Positions 8,357 to 18,524 of a stretch of 64,000 nt of DNA are shown here, piece after piece; within the stretch, counting starts at the first letter, position 1; the number at the start of each line of letters is the position of its first letter. The stretch is from Polyangiales bacterium. Its GTDB lineage: Bacteria; Myxococcota_A; Polyangia; Polyangiales; Polyangiaceae. The stretch is taken from contig JBBRLQ010000002.1 of NCBI GenBank assembly GCA_038231275.1, positions 352,001-416,000 of the forward strand, given 5' to 3'. The notes beneath the pieces are model-generated. The model worked only from the letters and a program-made list of their open reading frames with translations. It ran no database searches and was not told where the DNA came from. Position numbers and translations under genes: made by a program.

Positions 8357-10147
8357 TCAGTGGTTGAACGCGAACTCGCTGGAGTTGAGGAGCGCCCAGA
8401 AGACGTCCTCGAACGCGGCGCGGCGAGGATCGGCGCTCGGACGGCGCCCGAGGCGTCTCAGCGGATCGCCAGGCTTCGGGACGCCGGCGGCCGCGGAGAC
8501 CGGCGGCGGCGAGGCGACGTATTTCGCCCACAGCTCCACCTCGTCCGGCGCCGGCGAGCGGCCGACCGTGCGGAGGTACAGCTTCTCGATGCGCTGCGCG
8601 TCGGTGCCGGCGGCGCTGTCCAGAATTTCTTCCAGCGCGCTCCCCGGCACGGCGCTGGACCCGATGCCGACGAGGCTCCCGTTCAAGAGGGCGAGCGCCT
8701 GGCTCACGGTTCCTTCGTAGCTCGGCGAGTCGGCGTCCTCGTCGACGTCGAACAAGAAGGAGTAGCGGCGGAGGAGCTGGAAGCGGAGTTGGTCCTTGTT
8801 GGCGAAGCCGGCGTGCTGCGCGGCGGTCTCGATGTTCGTCGCCTGGAAGATCGCGTTCAAGAGCTCCTCGGCGCCGAGCGGCGTGAGACGAAAACGCGAC
8901 CAGAGCTTGTTCTCCGGGTCGGCGGGCGCCGACGCTCCAGGGAGGACCTGGTACACCTCCGACAGCGCGATGGTCCGGAGGAGCCGGCGCACGTCGTAGC
9001 GGTGCGACGAGAAGTCTTTCGCGAGCTGATCGAGGATCGCCTCTGCTTGCGGCGGGTTCGATGGGCGGATGTCGTCGACCGGATCGCTGAAGCCGCGCCC
9101 GAGGAGCTGCCCCCACATGCGGTTGACGAACGCGCGGGCGAAATAGGGGTTTTCGGGCCTCGTCATCCACGCCGCGAGCGCCTGGCGGACGTCCTTCCCC
9201 TCGAGCGCGGTCCCGTCGAGCGCCGCCGGCTTCGCGTTCGCGAGGCCCGCGAGGTCCTCCTTCTTCTGGAAGCGCGGCGCCGCGCGATCGAGGGGGACGA
9301 GCTCGACGCGCCGGATCTGGCCCATCGCCGGCTTCTCGTTGTCGAGCCGCTGCACACGCATGCGCGCGAAGGCCGCGGCGAAGCGCCAGAAGTAGTCCTG
9401 CTTCCACTTCTCGGTCTTGTGATCGTGGCACTGCGCGCACTGGATCTGCACGCCGAGGAACGTCTTGGAGGCGATGCCCGCGAGGTCCTGCGGAGTCTGC
9501 TCGTAGCGCAGCGTCCAGTTGACCGCGCCGTTCACCTGCGACTCGTCGCCGCTCTCGTCGGACGGAAACCAGGCTCCCTTCTTCCCGCCGCGCGGGCCTC
9601 CCGCGCTGTTGGTCCCGGTCGCGGCGACGAGCCCGGTGACGACGCGATCCCAGGGCGCGTTCTCGGCGAAGCGCACGCGCAGCCAACGACGGAACGCGCC
9701 GCGATCGAGATCCTGACCGCGCGCGTCGCGGCCGAGGAGCTCCTCGTCCCAGTAGTTCATCCAGTGATCCGCGTACGCCGGCGAGGCGAGCAGCGCGTCG
9801 ACCATCTTCGCGCGCTTTTCCGGCGAAGGATCCTTCGTGAACGCCACGGCGACCTCGGGCGGCGGGATGGTCCCGACGAGATCGACGTACGCGCGCCGCA
9901 ACCACCGCGCGTCGTCGGCGCGGCCTCGCGGCTCCAGCCCCGCGCGCTTCCACTCGGCGCGGAGCGCGGCGTCCAGCTCCATCACGCCGAACGATGCCGG
10001 GGGCGGCGGCGCGCTCTGCGTTGCGGCGGCGCTCGCGACGGGCTTGCCGGGAGGCGGCGTCGACTTGCACCCGCCCACGAGGGCGACACCTCCGAGCGCC
10101 ATGCCGAACGGAAGAAGAAGCGGAGGAAGCCGGCGCAAGGGACGCAT
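8357..10147 (-). CDS. DUF1549/DUF1553 domain lipoprotein with CxxCH motif
   Basis: WLRRAYVDLVGTIP, FLGVQIQCAQCHDH, NPYFARAFVNRMW, WALLNSSEFAFNH. Confidence 0.9.
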   Translation of the reverse strand: MRPLRRLPPLLLPFGMALGGVALVGGCKSTPPPGKPVASAAATQSAPPPPASFGVMELDAALRAEWKRAGLEPRGRADDARWLRRAYVDLVGTIPPPEVAVAFTKDPSPEKRAKMVDALLASPAYADHWMNYWDEELLGRDARGQDLDRGAFRRWLRVRFAENAPWDRVVTGLVAATGTNSAGGPRGGKKGAWFPSDESGDESQVNGAVNWTLRYEQTPQDLAGIASKTFLGVQIQCAQCHDHKTEKWKQDYFWRFAAAFARMRVQRLDNEKPAMGQIRRVELVPLDRAAPRFQKKEDLAGLANAKPAALDGTALEGKDVRQALAAWMTRPENPYFARAFVNRMWGQLLGRGFSDPVDDIRPSNPPQAEAILDQLAKDFSSHRYDVRRLLRTIALSEVYQVLPGASAPADPENKLWSRFRLTPLGAEELLNAIFQATNIETAAQHAGFANKDQLRFQLLRRYSFLFDVDEDADSPSYEGTVSQALALLNGSLVGIGSSAVPGSALEEILDSAAGTDAQRIEKLYLRTVGRSPAPDEVELWAKYVASPPPVSAAAGVPKPGDPLRRLGRRPSADPRRAAFEDVFWALLNSSEFAFNH

Positions 10148-10319
10148 CGCTCGAAACGATAAACCTCCGCGCAGGGGCTGCATGCCCTTCCTTTACCCAA
10201 CTTTGCAGGGTGCGAGCCGTCACCACCCGGGCTCCTCTCCTCCTCTTGTTTGTCCCTGGGGCGTCTCGCGCCCACTTTTCGGTTGAGGGGACCTTTCCCG
10301 ACCGCCAAATGTGTGTGCC

Positions 10320-11741
10320 ATGCGGAAAGTTGCGCTCGTCTTGGCTTCTGTCGGTTTGGCGGTCGCGTGCGGAAGCTCCGGTTCGGACAACGGTACGACC
10401 CCCAGCGGCGACGATGGCGGCGCGTCGAGCGGCTCGGCGGGATCCTCCGGGTCTTCCGGCTCCTCTGGCTCCTCTGGCTCCTCCGGATCGTCGGGGAGCA
10501 GCGGATCGAGCGGCTTCGACGCATCACCCTCCGACGGCGCGACGACGGGCGCCTATCCGATCGAGCACGTCATCGTCATCGTCAAAGAGAACCACACGTT
10601 CGACAACTACTTCGGCACCTTCCCCGGCGCAGAGGGAACGACTACCTGCACGAAGCACGACGGCACGACGATGCCGTGCGGTCACGCGCCCGACAAGACC
10701 GGCTCCACCGATCCGTGCCACGCGCACTCGTGCGCCGTCACCGACTACAACGCCGGCGCGATGAACGGATGGGACCTCGCGGGCGGCTCGGCGGAGAAGA
10801 GCGATCTCCCGTACGGCCAGTACCTCGAGGCCGACATCCCCAACTATTGGTCCTACGCGCGAAAGTTCACGCTCGGCGATCACTTCTTCGCCAACGTGCT
10901 CGGCCCGAGCTTCCCCGGACACCTCGTCGTCCTCGCGGGCCAGTCCGGATGGACGTACGGCAACCCGAACACCGACGTCACGCATCCGTACTGGGGCTGC
11001 GATCAAGCGGCGAGCACGCGTGTCCCGGTGCAGAACCAAACGACCTGCAAGGAAGACTCGGTCTTCCCGTGCTTCAAGATCCCGACGGTGCCGGACATCC
11101 TCCCGGCGACCGTGTCGTGGAAGTTCTACGGCACGAACTTTTACGTCCTGCCGGAGATCTGGTCGATGTTCAACGCGGTCGACGGCATCCGCAACGATCC
11201 GAACAAGTGGAGCCACATCGTCAAGGCGGACGAGTTCGACACCGACGTCGACAACGGCACGCTCCCCAACGTCGTGTGGCTCGTCGATCAGGATTTCGCC
11301 GACGAGCACCCGACGATCGGCGGCGTCTGCCAGGGCGAGAACTGGACGGTCCAGAAGATCAACAAGATCATGCAGGACACCAAACACGACTACTGGAAGA
11401 AGACGGCGATCCTCTTCACGATGGACGATTTCGGCGGTTGGTACGATCACGTGAAGCCTCCGCGCCAGTACGGCTGCGACGCGCAGAACCCGTACGGCCT
11501 CGGCTTCCGCCTGCCGCTCATCGTCATCTCGCCGTATGCGAAGCCCGCGTACGTGTTCAAGGACGTGTCGGAGCAAGCGAGCATCCCGAAGTTCATCGGC
11601 AAGGTGTTCGGCGCGACGAAGACGCTCAGCGATCTCGATCCGGCGGCGCAGGATGGCCAGGCCAACGATCTCATGGGGGCCTTCGATTTCAAGCAGCTGC
11701 CGCTTCCGCCGCTCGTGCTGCAGCAGCGGAACTGCCCCTGA
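10320..11741 (+). CDS. Phospholipase C / phosphoesterase family lipoprotein
   Basis: IEHVIVIVKENHTFDNYFG, GPSFPGH, DEHP, DDFGGWYDHV, GFRLPLIVISPY; lipobox LAVAC; SGS linker. Confidence 0.92.
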   Translation: MRKVALVLASVGLAVACGSSGSDNGTTPSGDDGGASSGSAGSSGSSGSSGSSGSSGSSGSSGSSGFDASPSDGATTGAYPIEHVIVIVKENHTFDNYFGTFPGAEGTTTCTKHDGTTMPCGHAPDKTGSTDPCHAHSCAVTDYNAGAMNGWDLAGGSAEKSDLPYGQYLEADIPNYWSYARKFTLGDHFFANVLGPSFPGHLVVLAGQSGWTYGNPNTDVTHPYWGCDQAASTRVPVQNQTTCKEDSVFPCFKIPTVPDILPATVSWKFYGTNFYVLPEIWSMFNAVDGIRNDPNKWSHIVKADEFDTDVDNGTLPNVVWLVDQDFADEHPTIGGVCQGENWTVQKINKIMQDTKHDYWKKTAILFTMDDFGGWYDHVKPPRQYGCDAQNPYGLGFRLPLIVISPYAKPAYVFKDVSEQASIPKFIGKVFGATKTLSDLDPAAQDGQANDLMGAFDFKQLPLPPLVLQQRNCP

Positions 11742-11792
11742 TTTGGCCCCTTGATTGCGTCCGAACGGGCCGCTCGCGCGTAGGATACGCGG

Positions 11793-12755
11793 ATGCTTCG
11801 TTCGTCCGTCGCGCTCGCGTGCGTGTTCGCTGCCGTCCTCACCGGTTGCCCGAAGGGGGGCGGCGACGCGGCGAGCGACTCCGGAGCGATCGCTGCGCGC
11901 GCCGACTCCAGCGGAGACGCGAACGCCGGCGAGGTCGTCGAGGATGACGACATCCGCGCGGTGTATCCCGACGACGCGGGGCCGCCGGATCCCGTCGTCC
12001 GCCGCTTCTGCGCGGCGCTCCACGATCTCCCGGAGCAGAGGCGCGACGCGTGCTGTGCCACGACGCCGGCGCTGGTGCTGACCGGAGAGTGCACGCGCAC
12101 GCTCACCGCCGCGATCGGCTTCAAGGCCGTCTCGATCGCGAGCGCCGACGTCGACGCGTGCGAGCAGGCGATGCAGACCGCGTACGCCGGGTGCGAATGG
12201 GTCGGTCCCTTCCCTCCCGAGGTCCCCGCCGCGTGCCTCGGCGTCGTGAAGGGCCAGCTCCCCGTGGGCAGGCGCTGCCGATCTTCGCTCGAGTGCGCGG
12301 CGGACATGCGCTGCCACGGCGTCGGACCGACCGCCACCGGCCGATGCGGCGCGCCCTCGGCCGACGGCGAAAAATGCGGCGGCAGCGCCGACGCGCTCGC
12401 GGGCTACACGCGCCAGAACGACACGGACGCGCGCCACCCGGAGTGCAAGGGCTGGTGCGAGCGAACCAAGTGCGCAGCGAAGGTCGCCGTCGGCGGCGCG
12501 TGCTCCCTCGGCTCGGCCTGCGGCGAGGGGAAGCTTTGCGTCGCCGGCAAGTGCGCGGTCGCCGCTCCCGCGAAGGTCGGCGAGGCGTGCCCCGGCGAGG
12601 CTTGCGAGACGGGTGCACAATGCATCAAAGGCAAGTGCCAGGCGAGAAAGACCGCTGGCGCCACGTGCGCCGCCGACTTCGAGTGCCTCGGCGGGTGCGT
12701 GAAGGGTGACGCAGGAGGAAAAGGCGTCTGCGGAAAGAAATGCGGCGCGCGGTGA
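11793..12755 (+). CDS. Cys-rich lipoprotein (Dickkopf-like repeats)
   Basis: Lipobox LTGC; repeated GxxC..C.....C..G.C units. Confidence 0.8.
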   Translation: MLRSSVALACVFAAVLTGCPKGGGDAASDSGAIAARADSSGDANAGEVVEDDDIRAVYPDDAGPPDPVVRRFCAALHDLPEQRRDACCATTPALVLTGECTRTLTAAIGFKAVSIASADVDACEQAMQTAYAGCEWVGPFPPEVPAACLGVVKGQLPVGRRCRSSLECAADMRCHGVGPTATGRCGAPSADGEKCGGSADALAGYTRQNDTDARHPECKGWCERTKCAAKVAVGGACSLGSACGEGKLCVAGKCAVAAPAKVGEACPGEACETGAQCIKGKCQARKTAGATCAADFECLGGCVKGDAGGKGVCGKKCGAR

Positions 12756-12788
12756 GACGGGGGCGCGCGGCGTCGTAACGGCCGCGCG

Positions 12789-14240
12789 TCAGTGCGCGGG
12801 CGGAGGCGGGGCGGGCTTGGTCGCGTCGTCTTGCACGCACGCGGCGAGGTCGAAGAGGAGAAACTCCACGGCCGCCTCCTGCTCGATCATCGTGCCGGCC
12901 GTGCCGCTTCCGACGTGGAGGTCCGTGAGGACCGCGCGGCCGCAGCGGTCCGACGGCTTCGACGTCACCGGGAAATTCGCGGCGAGGTAGCCGACCGAAG
13001 CGCCGCTCGTGACCCACGCCTGCGAGATGCCGGGCTTGGTCGCCTTGATGTCACCGTTCATCTGCGCGGCGAGCTGACCGTACGGAGTCGTCTTGATGCC
13101 CGGGCCCCACCCGCTCGCCTTCGTCAGGTTCTGCATCCAATCGGCGAGCGCCTTGCCCTTGGGGAACGAGACGTCGATCGTGTTGCTCGCGCTCGGCGAC
13201 GCGCCGCCCCAAAACGCCCAGTCCGCGACGCCGACCAGCTCGGCGGAGCTCTTGGTACCCTCGCCGCCGAAGAAGTTCATCTGGTAGTGAGGGCTGTACA
13301 CGCGGCCGCCGGCGTCGAGGTACGACGCCATGTTGTCGTACGCGGGGCCCATCGTGTCGCGCGGGTAGTGATCGCACTCGCACTCGCTGACGATCATGTC
13401 GTAGCTCATCATCTTGGGGAGGGAGCCCCAGAAGGCGTACGCGTCGGTCGCGGTGGCGACGCCGGCGTTCTGCGCGCCGCTCCCCGCGAACACATGCACG
13501 CTGCCGGCGCCCTTCTCGTCGGTGAGCTCTGCCGGCGAGATGCCGACCTTGGCGAGGAACGTGTGCACGGGGTCGCAGCCGCCGGTGAGCGCAATGAGCG
13601 GCATGTCGCCCTCCTGCTGGTTGGCGGGCAAGCGTGTGTCGGCGCTGCGCACGACCGTGCCGGCGCACGGCGCGACGGTGGGGACGACGATCTGTCGGCG
13701 CCACTTGCCGACCTGGATGACGAGCGGGACGTTCGTGCCGGCGGGCACGTCACTGAGCAAGAAGGCGCCGGTCGTATCGCTGAGCGCGGTGGCGATCGGC
13801 GCGCCCGACACGGCGCCGCAGCGATCGCACGACGCGCCGTGCTTGATCGGCGCCGGCTTGCTGTTCGGGACGTAGACGATCGCCCCGTAGACGGGGTTCC
13901 TCCCGGCAGGATCGAAGACGGTGCCGCTGATGGTCGTCGTCACGCCGGGGCCGCACTGCGGGACCTTGCACCGCAGCTCGGTGCAGGTGCCGCCGTCGCC
14001 TTGGCCACCGCTGCTCCCACCGCTGCTGCCGCCGCTGCTGCCGCCGCTGCTTCCACCGCTGCTACCGCCGCTGCTGCCGCCGCTGCTGCCGGGTCCGGTG
14101 GTACCGTCCGCACCGGCGTCGCCGCCGCCGTTGCCCGAGCCGCCGAACAGGCCGTCGCCGCCGTTCGCCCCGCTGCACGCCGTAAGCCCGAACGAGAGAG
14201 AAGCCACCCCAAGGAGCCGCAAGACGTCGGCCGATTTCAT
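12789..14240 (-). CDS. Myxobacterial lipoprotein with carboxypeptidase-regulatory-like domain
   Basis: Lipobox LTAC, SSGG linker, ISGTVFDPAG.NPVYGAIVYVPN...VPLVIQVGKWRR. Confidence 0.82.
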   Translation of the reverse strand: MKSADVLRLLGVASLSFGLTACSGANGGDGLFGGSGNGGGDAGADGTTGPGSSGGSSGGSSGGSSGGSSGGSSGGSSGGQGDGGTCTELRCKVPQCGPGVTTTISGTVFDPAGRNPVYGAIVYVPNSKPAPIKHGASCDRCGAVSGAPIATALSDTTGAFLLSDVPAGTNVPLVIQVGKWRRQIVVPTVAPCAGTVVRSADTRLPANQQEGDMPLIALTGGCDPVHTFLAKVGISPAELTDEKGAGSVHVFAGSGAQNAGVATATDAYAFWGSLPKMMSYDMIVSECECDHYPRDTMGPAYDNMASYLDAGGRVYSPHYQMNFFGGEGTKSSAELVGVADWAFWGGASPSASNTIDVSFPKGKALADWMQNLTKASGWGPGIKTTPYGQLAAQMNGDIKATKPGISQAWVTSGASVGYLAANFPVTSKPSDRCGRAVLTDLHVGSGTAGTMIEQEAAVEFLLFDLAACVQDDATKPAPPPPAH

Positions 14241-14379
14241 GGCCTCTCCTTAACAAGGCCGCGCGCAACGGCAACGCTTAACGGCAAAAGAAGCAGCGTG
14301 AGCGTTCGTGAGGAACCTATCCGCCGGCGCGTCCGTACAACGCGCCGGGTGGCGTATCGCGTTCCAACCTCGAATGACC

Positions 14380-15462
14380 TCACCCGTGCACGATGCGCTC
14401 GACGAACCAGAAGAGGCCGGCGAGGGCCACCGCGCCGCTGACCCCTTGCACGCCGCGCGGGACGAAGCCCTCCTTCTTGCGGAGGAAGTAGATCGCCGGG
14501 AGGACGAGCGCCATCACCGCGAGCTGACCCGCCTCGACGCCGACGTTGAAGAAGACGAGCGCGGTCGGGATCTGCGCGCGGGGCAGCTCGATTTCCCGTA
14601 GCGCGCCGGCGAAGCCGAAGCCGTGCACCAGGCCGAAGGGGAACGTGATGCGCCAGCGCTTCTCGGCGCTCTTGACGAAGAAGTTCTCGACGCCGACGTA
14701 GGCGATGGAGAGCGCGATCAGCGGTTCGATGACGCGCGAAGGCGGGACCCACGCTCCGAATGCAGCGACGGCCAACGTGATCGAGTGCGCGACGGTGAAG
14801 GCGGTGACGACCGCGAGCATCGATCTGACGCGACCGCCCACGATGACGAGACCGAGCAAGAAGACGAGGTGATCGTAGCCCGTCAGGATGTGCTCGATAC
14901 CCATCGTGAAGAACCCGACCGCGCCGATACCGCTCTTCGGGGTCCCCTGCGCGGCATCGGACGGCGCGACCGCGTCGACGGTCTCGTGCCCGCGGTAGGC
15001 GACCTCGTCGATCGTGATCGTGCCGAGGACGACGTGCGCGATGTGGCGATGACCGTGCGAGAGCTCGCCGAGGAGCTTCACGTCCACCTCGAGGCGTACC
15101 GGTGGCATGGGGCACCGGTAGCGGACCGTGAGGGCGATGCCGTCCTCTTCGGTGAGGCGAGCGTCGCCGAGAGTGCCGGGGCACGCCTGCCCGTTCCCGC
15201 GGACAAGAACGCCCAGCGTGATCGCTTTGGCGAGCGCGCCCTTGGAGGCGACCACGTCCTCGGCGCGGATGCTCCCGTCGCGATCGGGATCCAGCGACGG
15301 CACGATCCCCAGCATCTCGCCGCGCGCGAACGTGATCTCGGCGTCCACGACGTCACCGTCGAGCGTGTACGACCCCTTCGAGACCCCGATCGCGTGCGCC
15401 GCCGCCGTCCCCGCGACGAGCCAGACGGCGATCGCGAGGACGAGGGTGACGAGGGCTTTCAT
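14380..15462 (-). CDS. HupE/UreJ family membrane protein with N-terminal exported domain
   Basis: GIEHILTGYDHLVFL, TAFTVAHSITL, FGLVHGFGFA, FNVGVEAGQ. Confidence 0.92.
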   Translation of the reverse strand: MKALVTLVLAIAVWLVAGTAAAHAIGVSKGSYTLDGDVVDAEITFARGEMLGIVPSLDPDRDGSIRAEDVVASKGALAKAITLGVLVRGNGQACPGTLGDARLTEEDGIALTVRYRCPMPPVRLEVDVKLLGELSHGHRHIAHVVLGTITIDEVAYRGHETVDAVAPSDAAQGTPKSGIGAVGFFTMGIEHILTGYDHLVFLLGLVIVGGRVRSMLAVVTAFTVAHSITLAVAAFGAWVPPSRVIEPLIALSIAYVGVENFFVKSAEKRWRITFPFGLVHGFGFAGALREIELPRAQIPTALVFFNVGVEAGQLAVMALVLPAIYFLRKKEGFVPRGVQGVSGAVALAGLFWFVERIVHG

Positions 15463-16799
15463 GACTTGGGTTTGGTCTCGAGCAGCGCGCGCGCCTCGGT
15501 GGCGCCGTCCAAATCGAAGGACGCGTTCATGGCGAGGGCGTCTTTGACGAGCTTACGGCCCGCCGCGACGTCGCCCGCCGCGATGTGGATCGCCCCCTGA
15601 TGATAGACCAGGCGCGCGTCTTTGGTGCCGAGACGTCGCGCGTGGTCGATGACCCGCTTCGCGTCGCCGACCTTGCCCGCACGGTAGAGCGCCCAGGCGT
15701 AGGTGTCCTCGGTGTACACGTCGCCGCGCGCCTTCATCTCCTCGCCGGCGAGGGCCAGGGCGTCTGCCGGCTTCTGGTTCTTGGTCGCGAGGAAGAGCGC
15801 GAGGGTGCGCGGATCGCCGCGGCGACCGTCCTTCTCGAGCTTCGCGTACGCGTCCGCCGCGCCCACCGCGTCTCCGCTCTGGCCGCGCGCGTCGCCGAGC
15901 AGCCACGCCGTTTCGGGCAGCGGGCTCTGGTCGTACGCGCGCTTGAACAGCTCCGCGGCGCGCTTGCCGTCGCCACGCGCGAGCGCCACCTTCCCGCGAC
16001 CCACGAGCGCCGGCGGATACTCGGTCAGGCCGTCGAGCGCCTTCACGAAGCCCGCGTCGGCGCCGTCGAGATCGCCCTTGTGCCAGAAGATCATGCCCGC
16101 CTGCACGAGCTCCCACGCGCGCGGCTCGGGATCCTTCGGATCGCGACCGGAGTCGATCGCGAGGCGCGCGTACTCGAGCGCCGCCTTGTCGTCGCCAGCC
16201 AGCCAGCGAAAGTACGACGCGCGGCTGTACGACGGCAGGTTCGGCTTCAGGTCCATCATCGTCTGCGCGGCGCTCGCGGCTTCTTCGAAGCGCCCGAGCT
16301 CGAGGAGCGCGTCGGAGAGCGACCCGTACGCCATCGCGTCGTCGGGGTGCTTGGCGAGGACCTTGTTCGCCAGGTCGACCGCCTCGCGGAACTTGTGATC
16401 GTTCAGGAGCACGAGCCCTTGAAGATCGTACGCGAGCTTGTCGTCCGGCGAGACCTCGAGAGCCACCTCGGCGCACGCGTTCGCGTTGACGTAAAACCCC
16501 GGGTCGCTCGACTCGCGCGCCTTGCGCACCCACGCGCGCCCGAGGAGGATCCAGTAGTCGACCTTCGCCGGATTCCTCGCGCTCGAGCGCTGAAGATCCG
16601 AGATGACGCGATCGACGCCAGCGTCGCCGGGCACCTTCGACATCGCGAGCGCGCGACTCGTCGCGAGCTTCGGCTCCGGAGCCGTGACCTTCACCTTCTC
16701 GGGCGCCGATGCCGTCGCGGCAGGCGCGGGGCTCGGCTTGGTGCAAGCAGCGGCAAAAAGCGACGTCGTCAGCGCGAGAGCGAGGGAGAGCCGTTTCAT
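15459..16799 (-). CDS. Tetratricopeptide repeat lipoprotein
   Basis: Lipobox AAAC; multiple TPR-like helices; GGAGG RBS. Confidence 0.88.
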   Translation of the reverse strand: MKRLSLALALTTSLFAAACTKPSPAPAATASAPEKVKVTAPEPKLATSRALAMSKVPGDAGVDRVISDLQRSSARNPAKVDYWILLGRAWVRKARESSDPGFYVNANACAEVALEVSPDDKLAYDLQGLVLLNDHKFREAVDLANKVLAKHPDDAMAYGSLSDALLELGRFEEAASAAQTMMDLKPNLPSYSRASYFRWLAGDDKAALEYARLAIDSGRDPKDPEPRAWELVQAGMIFWHKGDLDGADAGFVKALDGLTEYPPALVGRGKVALARGDGKRAAELFKRAYDQSPLPETAWLLGDARGQSGDAVGAADAYAKLEKDGRRGDPRTLALFLATKNQKPADALALAGEEMKARGDVYTEDTYAWALYRAGKVGDAKRVIDHARRLGTKDARLVYHQGAIHIAAGDVAAGRKLVKDALAMNASFDLDGATEARALLETKPKS

Positions 16800-16819
16800 C
16801 GTGTGTCCAACCTCCACAC

Positions 16820-16862
16820 AAAAAACGCGTGAGCCCGAGCGACGGATCGCCCAGGCTCACAC
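16820..16862 (-). terminator. Intrinsic terminator between DUF4331 and TPR genes
   Basis: Minus strand GTGAGCCTGGGCGA-TCCG-TCGCTCGGGCTCAC followed by GCGTTTTTT. Confidence 0.7.
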
Positions 16863-16875
16863 CTATTCTCTCCTT

Positions 16876-16925
16876 CTCCTCCCGCCTCCTCCCGCCTCCT
16901 CCCGCCTCCTCCCGCCTCCTCCCGC
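16876..16925. repeat. Perfect tandem repeat (CTCCTCCCGC)x5
   Basis: Read directly. Confidence 0.95.
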
Positions 16926-17050
16926 CCCGTCGTGCGCAGCACGACTTCGCGAAAGCGACGCGCGGGGGAGGCTCGCGAGTCCTCGAGCGAGGGGGGCCGC
17001 CGGCCCCCACCAGGCGAAAGCCGTGGGAGCCACGCGGCCCTGCGAAGCGA

Positions 17051-18445
17051 TCAGGGCGTCGGCTTACCGTGACCTTGCGAGTAGCCCTCCCACGGCAAAG
17101 CCAGGTACGGGAAGGTCGTGAGGTACGGCTTGTCGTTGTAATCGACGCCGTCGGAGACCGCGAGGGTGCCCTTGGCGAGGAGGACGCTGAGCAGCACGTC
17201 GGTCACGTCGGCCTGCTCCTTGTTCGGCGCCGCGCCGCCCTCGAGGGGACGGCCGTTCGGGAAGCCGGAGTCGAGGCCGAGGTCCACGCGGAGCACGTCG
17301 CCCGTCGCGGAGAGGGGGATATTGTGGCCGCTCGCCTTGAGGTTGATCGTGTCGATGATGTCGATGCGGTCGTGCTTGAGCGCGTCGACGGTCGACTGCG
17401 GCACGCCGAGCGCCTTGTAGATGCCGACCGCCTCGGCGTCGCGGACGATGACGGGGTTCAGGAAGTACGCGCCGAAGTTGTCGACGTCGCGCGCCGGCTT
17501 GGACGCGTTGTACTTGTCCTTGTCCTGGAGGCCGATGACCGCTTCGTTGATGAGCGGCAGGCCGAGACGCGACACCTGCTTCCACGGGCCGTAGCCTTCT
17601 TCGGTGCCGTCGTTACGGAGCACGCGGACCTTGCGGCGGCTGGCCGACGCCCAGATGCCGAGCGTCTGCGCGTCGTTCGCGCCGGCCGTGGGGGGAGCGC
17701 CGGTGCCGGTGAGCTCGCTGGTCGGGATTTCCAGGGCGATCGTGTGGCAGTTGAAGCCGGCGACGCCGTCCTGCGCGGTGCCCTTGGGGCGGAGGTTCGC
17801 GAGATCGAAGACGCCGCCGAGGTCGACGTAGAAGCCGTCATCACGCGGGCCGACCCACGAGCGACCGTTCTTCGTCTCGAAGGGAGTGATGAACCCCGCG
17901 GCGAACGCGTCGTCGTACTTCGCGCCGGCGGCGATGACCGCCTGGGTGCGCGGGCCGATGTTGGTCGGCGCGATCTTCGCTTCGTTGATTTGGGTCGTGG
18001 CGACGCCCTTCTCGATGCGGATGATCTGGTAGGTCTGCACGTTGCCGGCGAGCTGCGCGAAGAACTCTTTGCCTCCACCGAGGGGGTCGTTCAAATCGCT
18101 CGGGTCTTTGCTGGGGAAGCCGGTCGAGTTGAAGAGGATCTGATAGGTGACCACGTCCTTGAGCGACGCGTTACCGCGCGCGATGTGGATTTGGTAGAGG
18201 ACGTCGTCCGAGAACTGGTGGAAGTTCGGACCGCCGCTCGGCTCCTCGAGGGGAATGTACGAAGCGACGATGTTGAGCTTGTCGTGTGAACCGGGCGAGA
18301 CCCATGCCCAGAGGTCCGTGTTGTCGGCCGCCGGGTCCCGCGAAATGGCGGGCGCTTCACGGTGGCTGGACGCGCTGGCGATCGAGACGACCCCGGTGCA
18401 CGAGAAGGCCGCGAGGGACGCGGCGAGGAGATGACGACGCTTCAT
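17051..18445 (-). CDS. DUF4331 domain secreted protein
   Basis: Signal then SSHREAP...DNTDL, GPRDDGFYVDL, QVSRLGLPLINE, GFPNGR, FPYLA. Confidence 0.93.
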   Translation of the reverse strand: MKRRHLLAASLAAFSCTGVVSIASASSHREAPAISRDPAADNTDLWAWVSPGSHDKLNIVASYIPLEEPSGGPNFHQFSDDVLYQIHIARGNASLKDVVTYQILFNSTGFPSKDPSDLNDPLGGGKEFFAQLAGNVQTYQIIRIEKGVATTQINEAKIAPTNIGPRTQAVIAAGAKYDDAFAAGFITPFETKNGRSWVGPRDDGFYVDLGGVFDLANLRPKGTAQDGVAGFNCHTIALEIPTSELTGTGAPPTAGANDAQTLGIWASASRRKVRVLRNDGTEEGYGPWKQVSRLGLPLINEAVIGLQDKDKYNASKPARDVDNFGAYFLNPVIVRDAEAVGIYKALGVPQSTVDALKHDRIDIIDTINLKASGHNIPLSATGDVLRVDLGLDSGFPNGRPLEGGAAPNKEQADVTDVLLSVLLAKGTLAVSDGVDYNDKPYLTTFPYLALPWEGYSQGHGKPTP

Positions 18446-18471
18446 GGGAATGCCTCCGATAAATTCGCTTG

Positions 18472-18498
18472 AAAAAAAGTGGGCGGCGTACGGCCGCC
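18472..18498 (-). terminator. Terminator-like hairpin between the beta-propeller and DUF4331 genes
   Basis: Minus strand GGCGGC-CGTAC-GCCGCC then CACTTTTTTT. Confidence 0.5.
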
Positions 18499-18524
18499 GA
18501 ATTGGGCGCGGCGCGGGCCGCGGA

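Noticed and set aside
8346-10226. N-terminal extension of the 1043-aa ORF 7095-10226
   Set aside because: Out-of-frame overlap with the DUF1549 gene; the real start is at 8345 with an RBS
14312-14337. ECF-like motif GGAACC-N16-CGTA on + strand
   Set aside because: Points only antisense into the 3' end of the HupE/UreJ gene and overlaps a hairpin; likely chance
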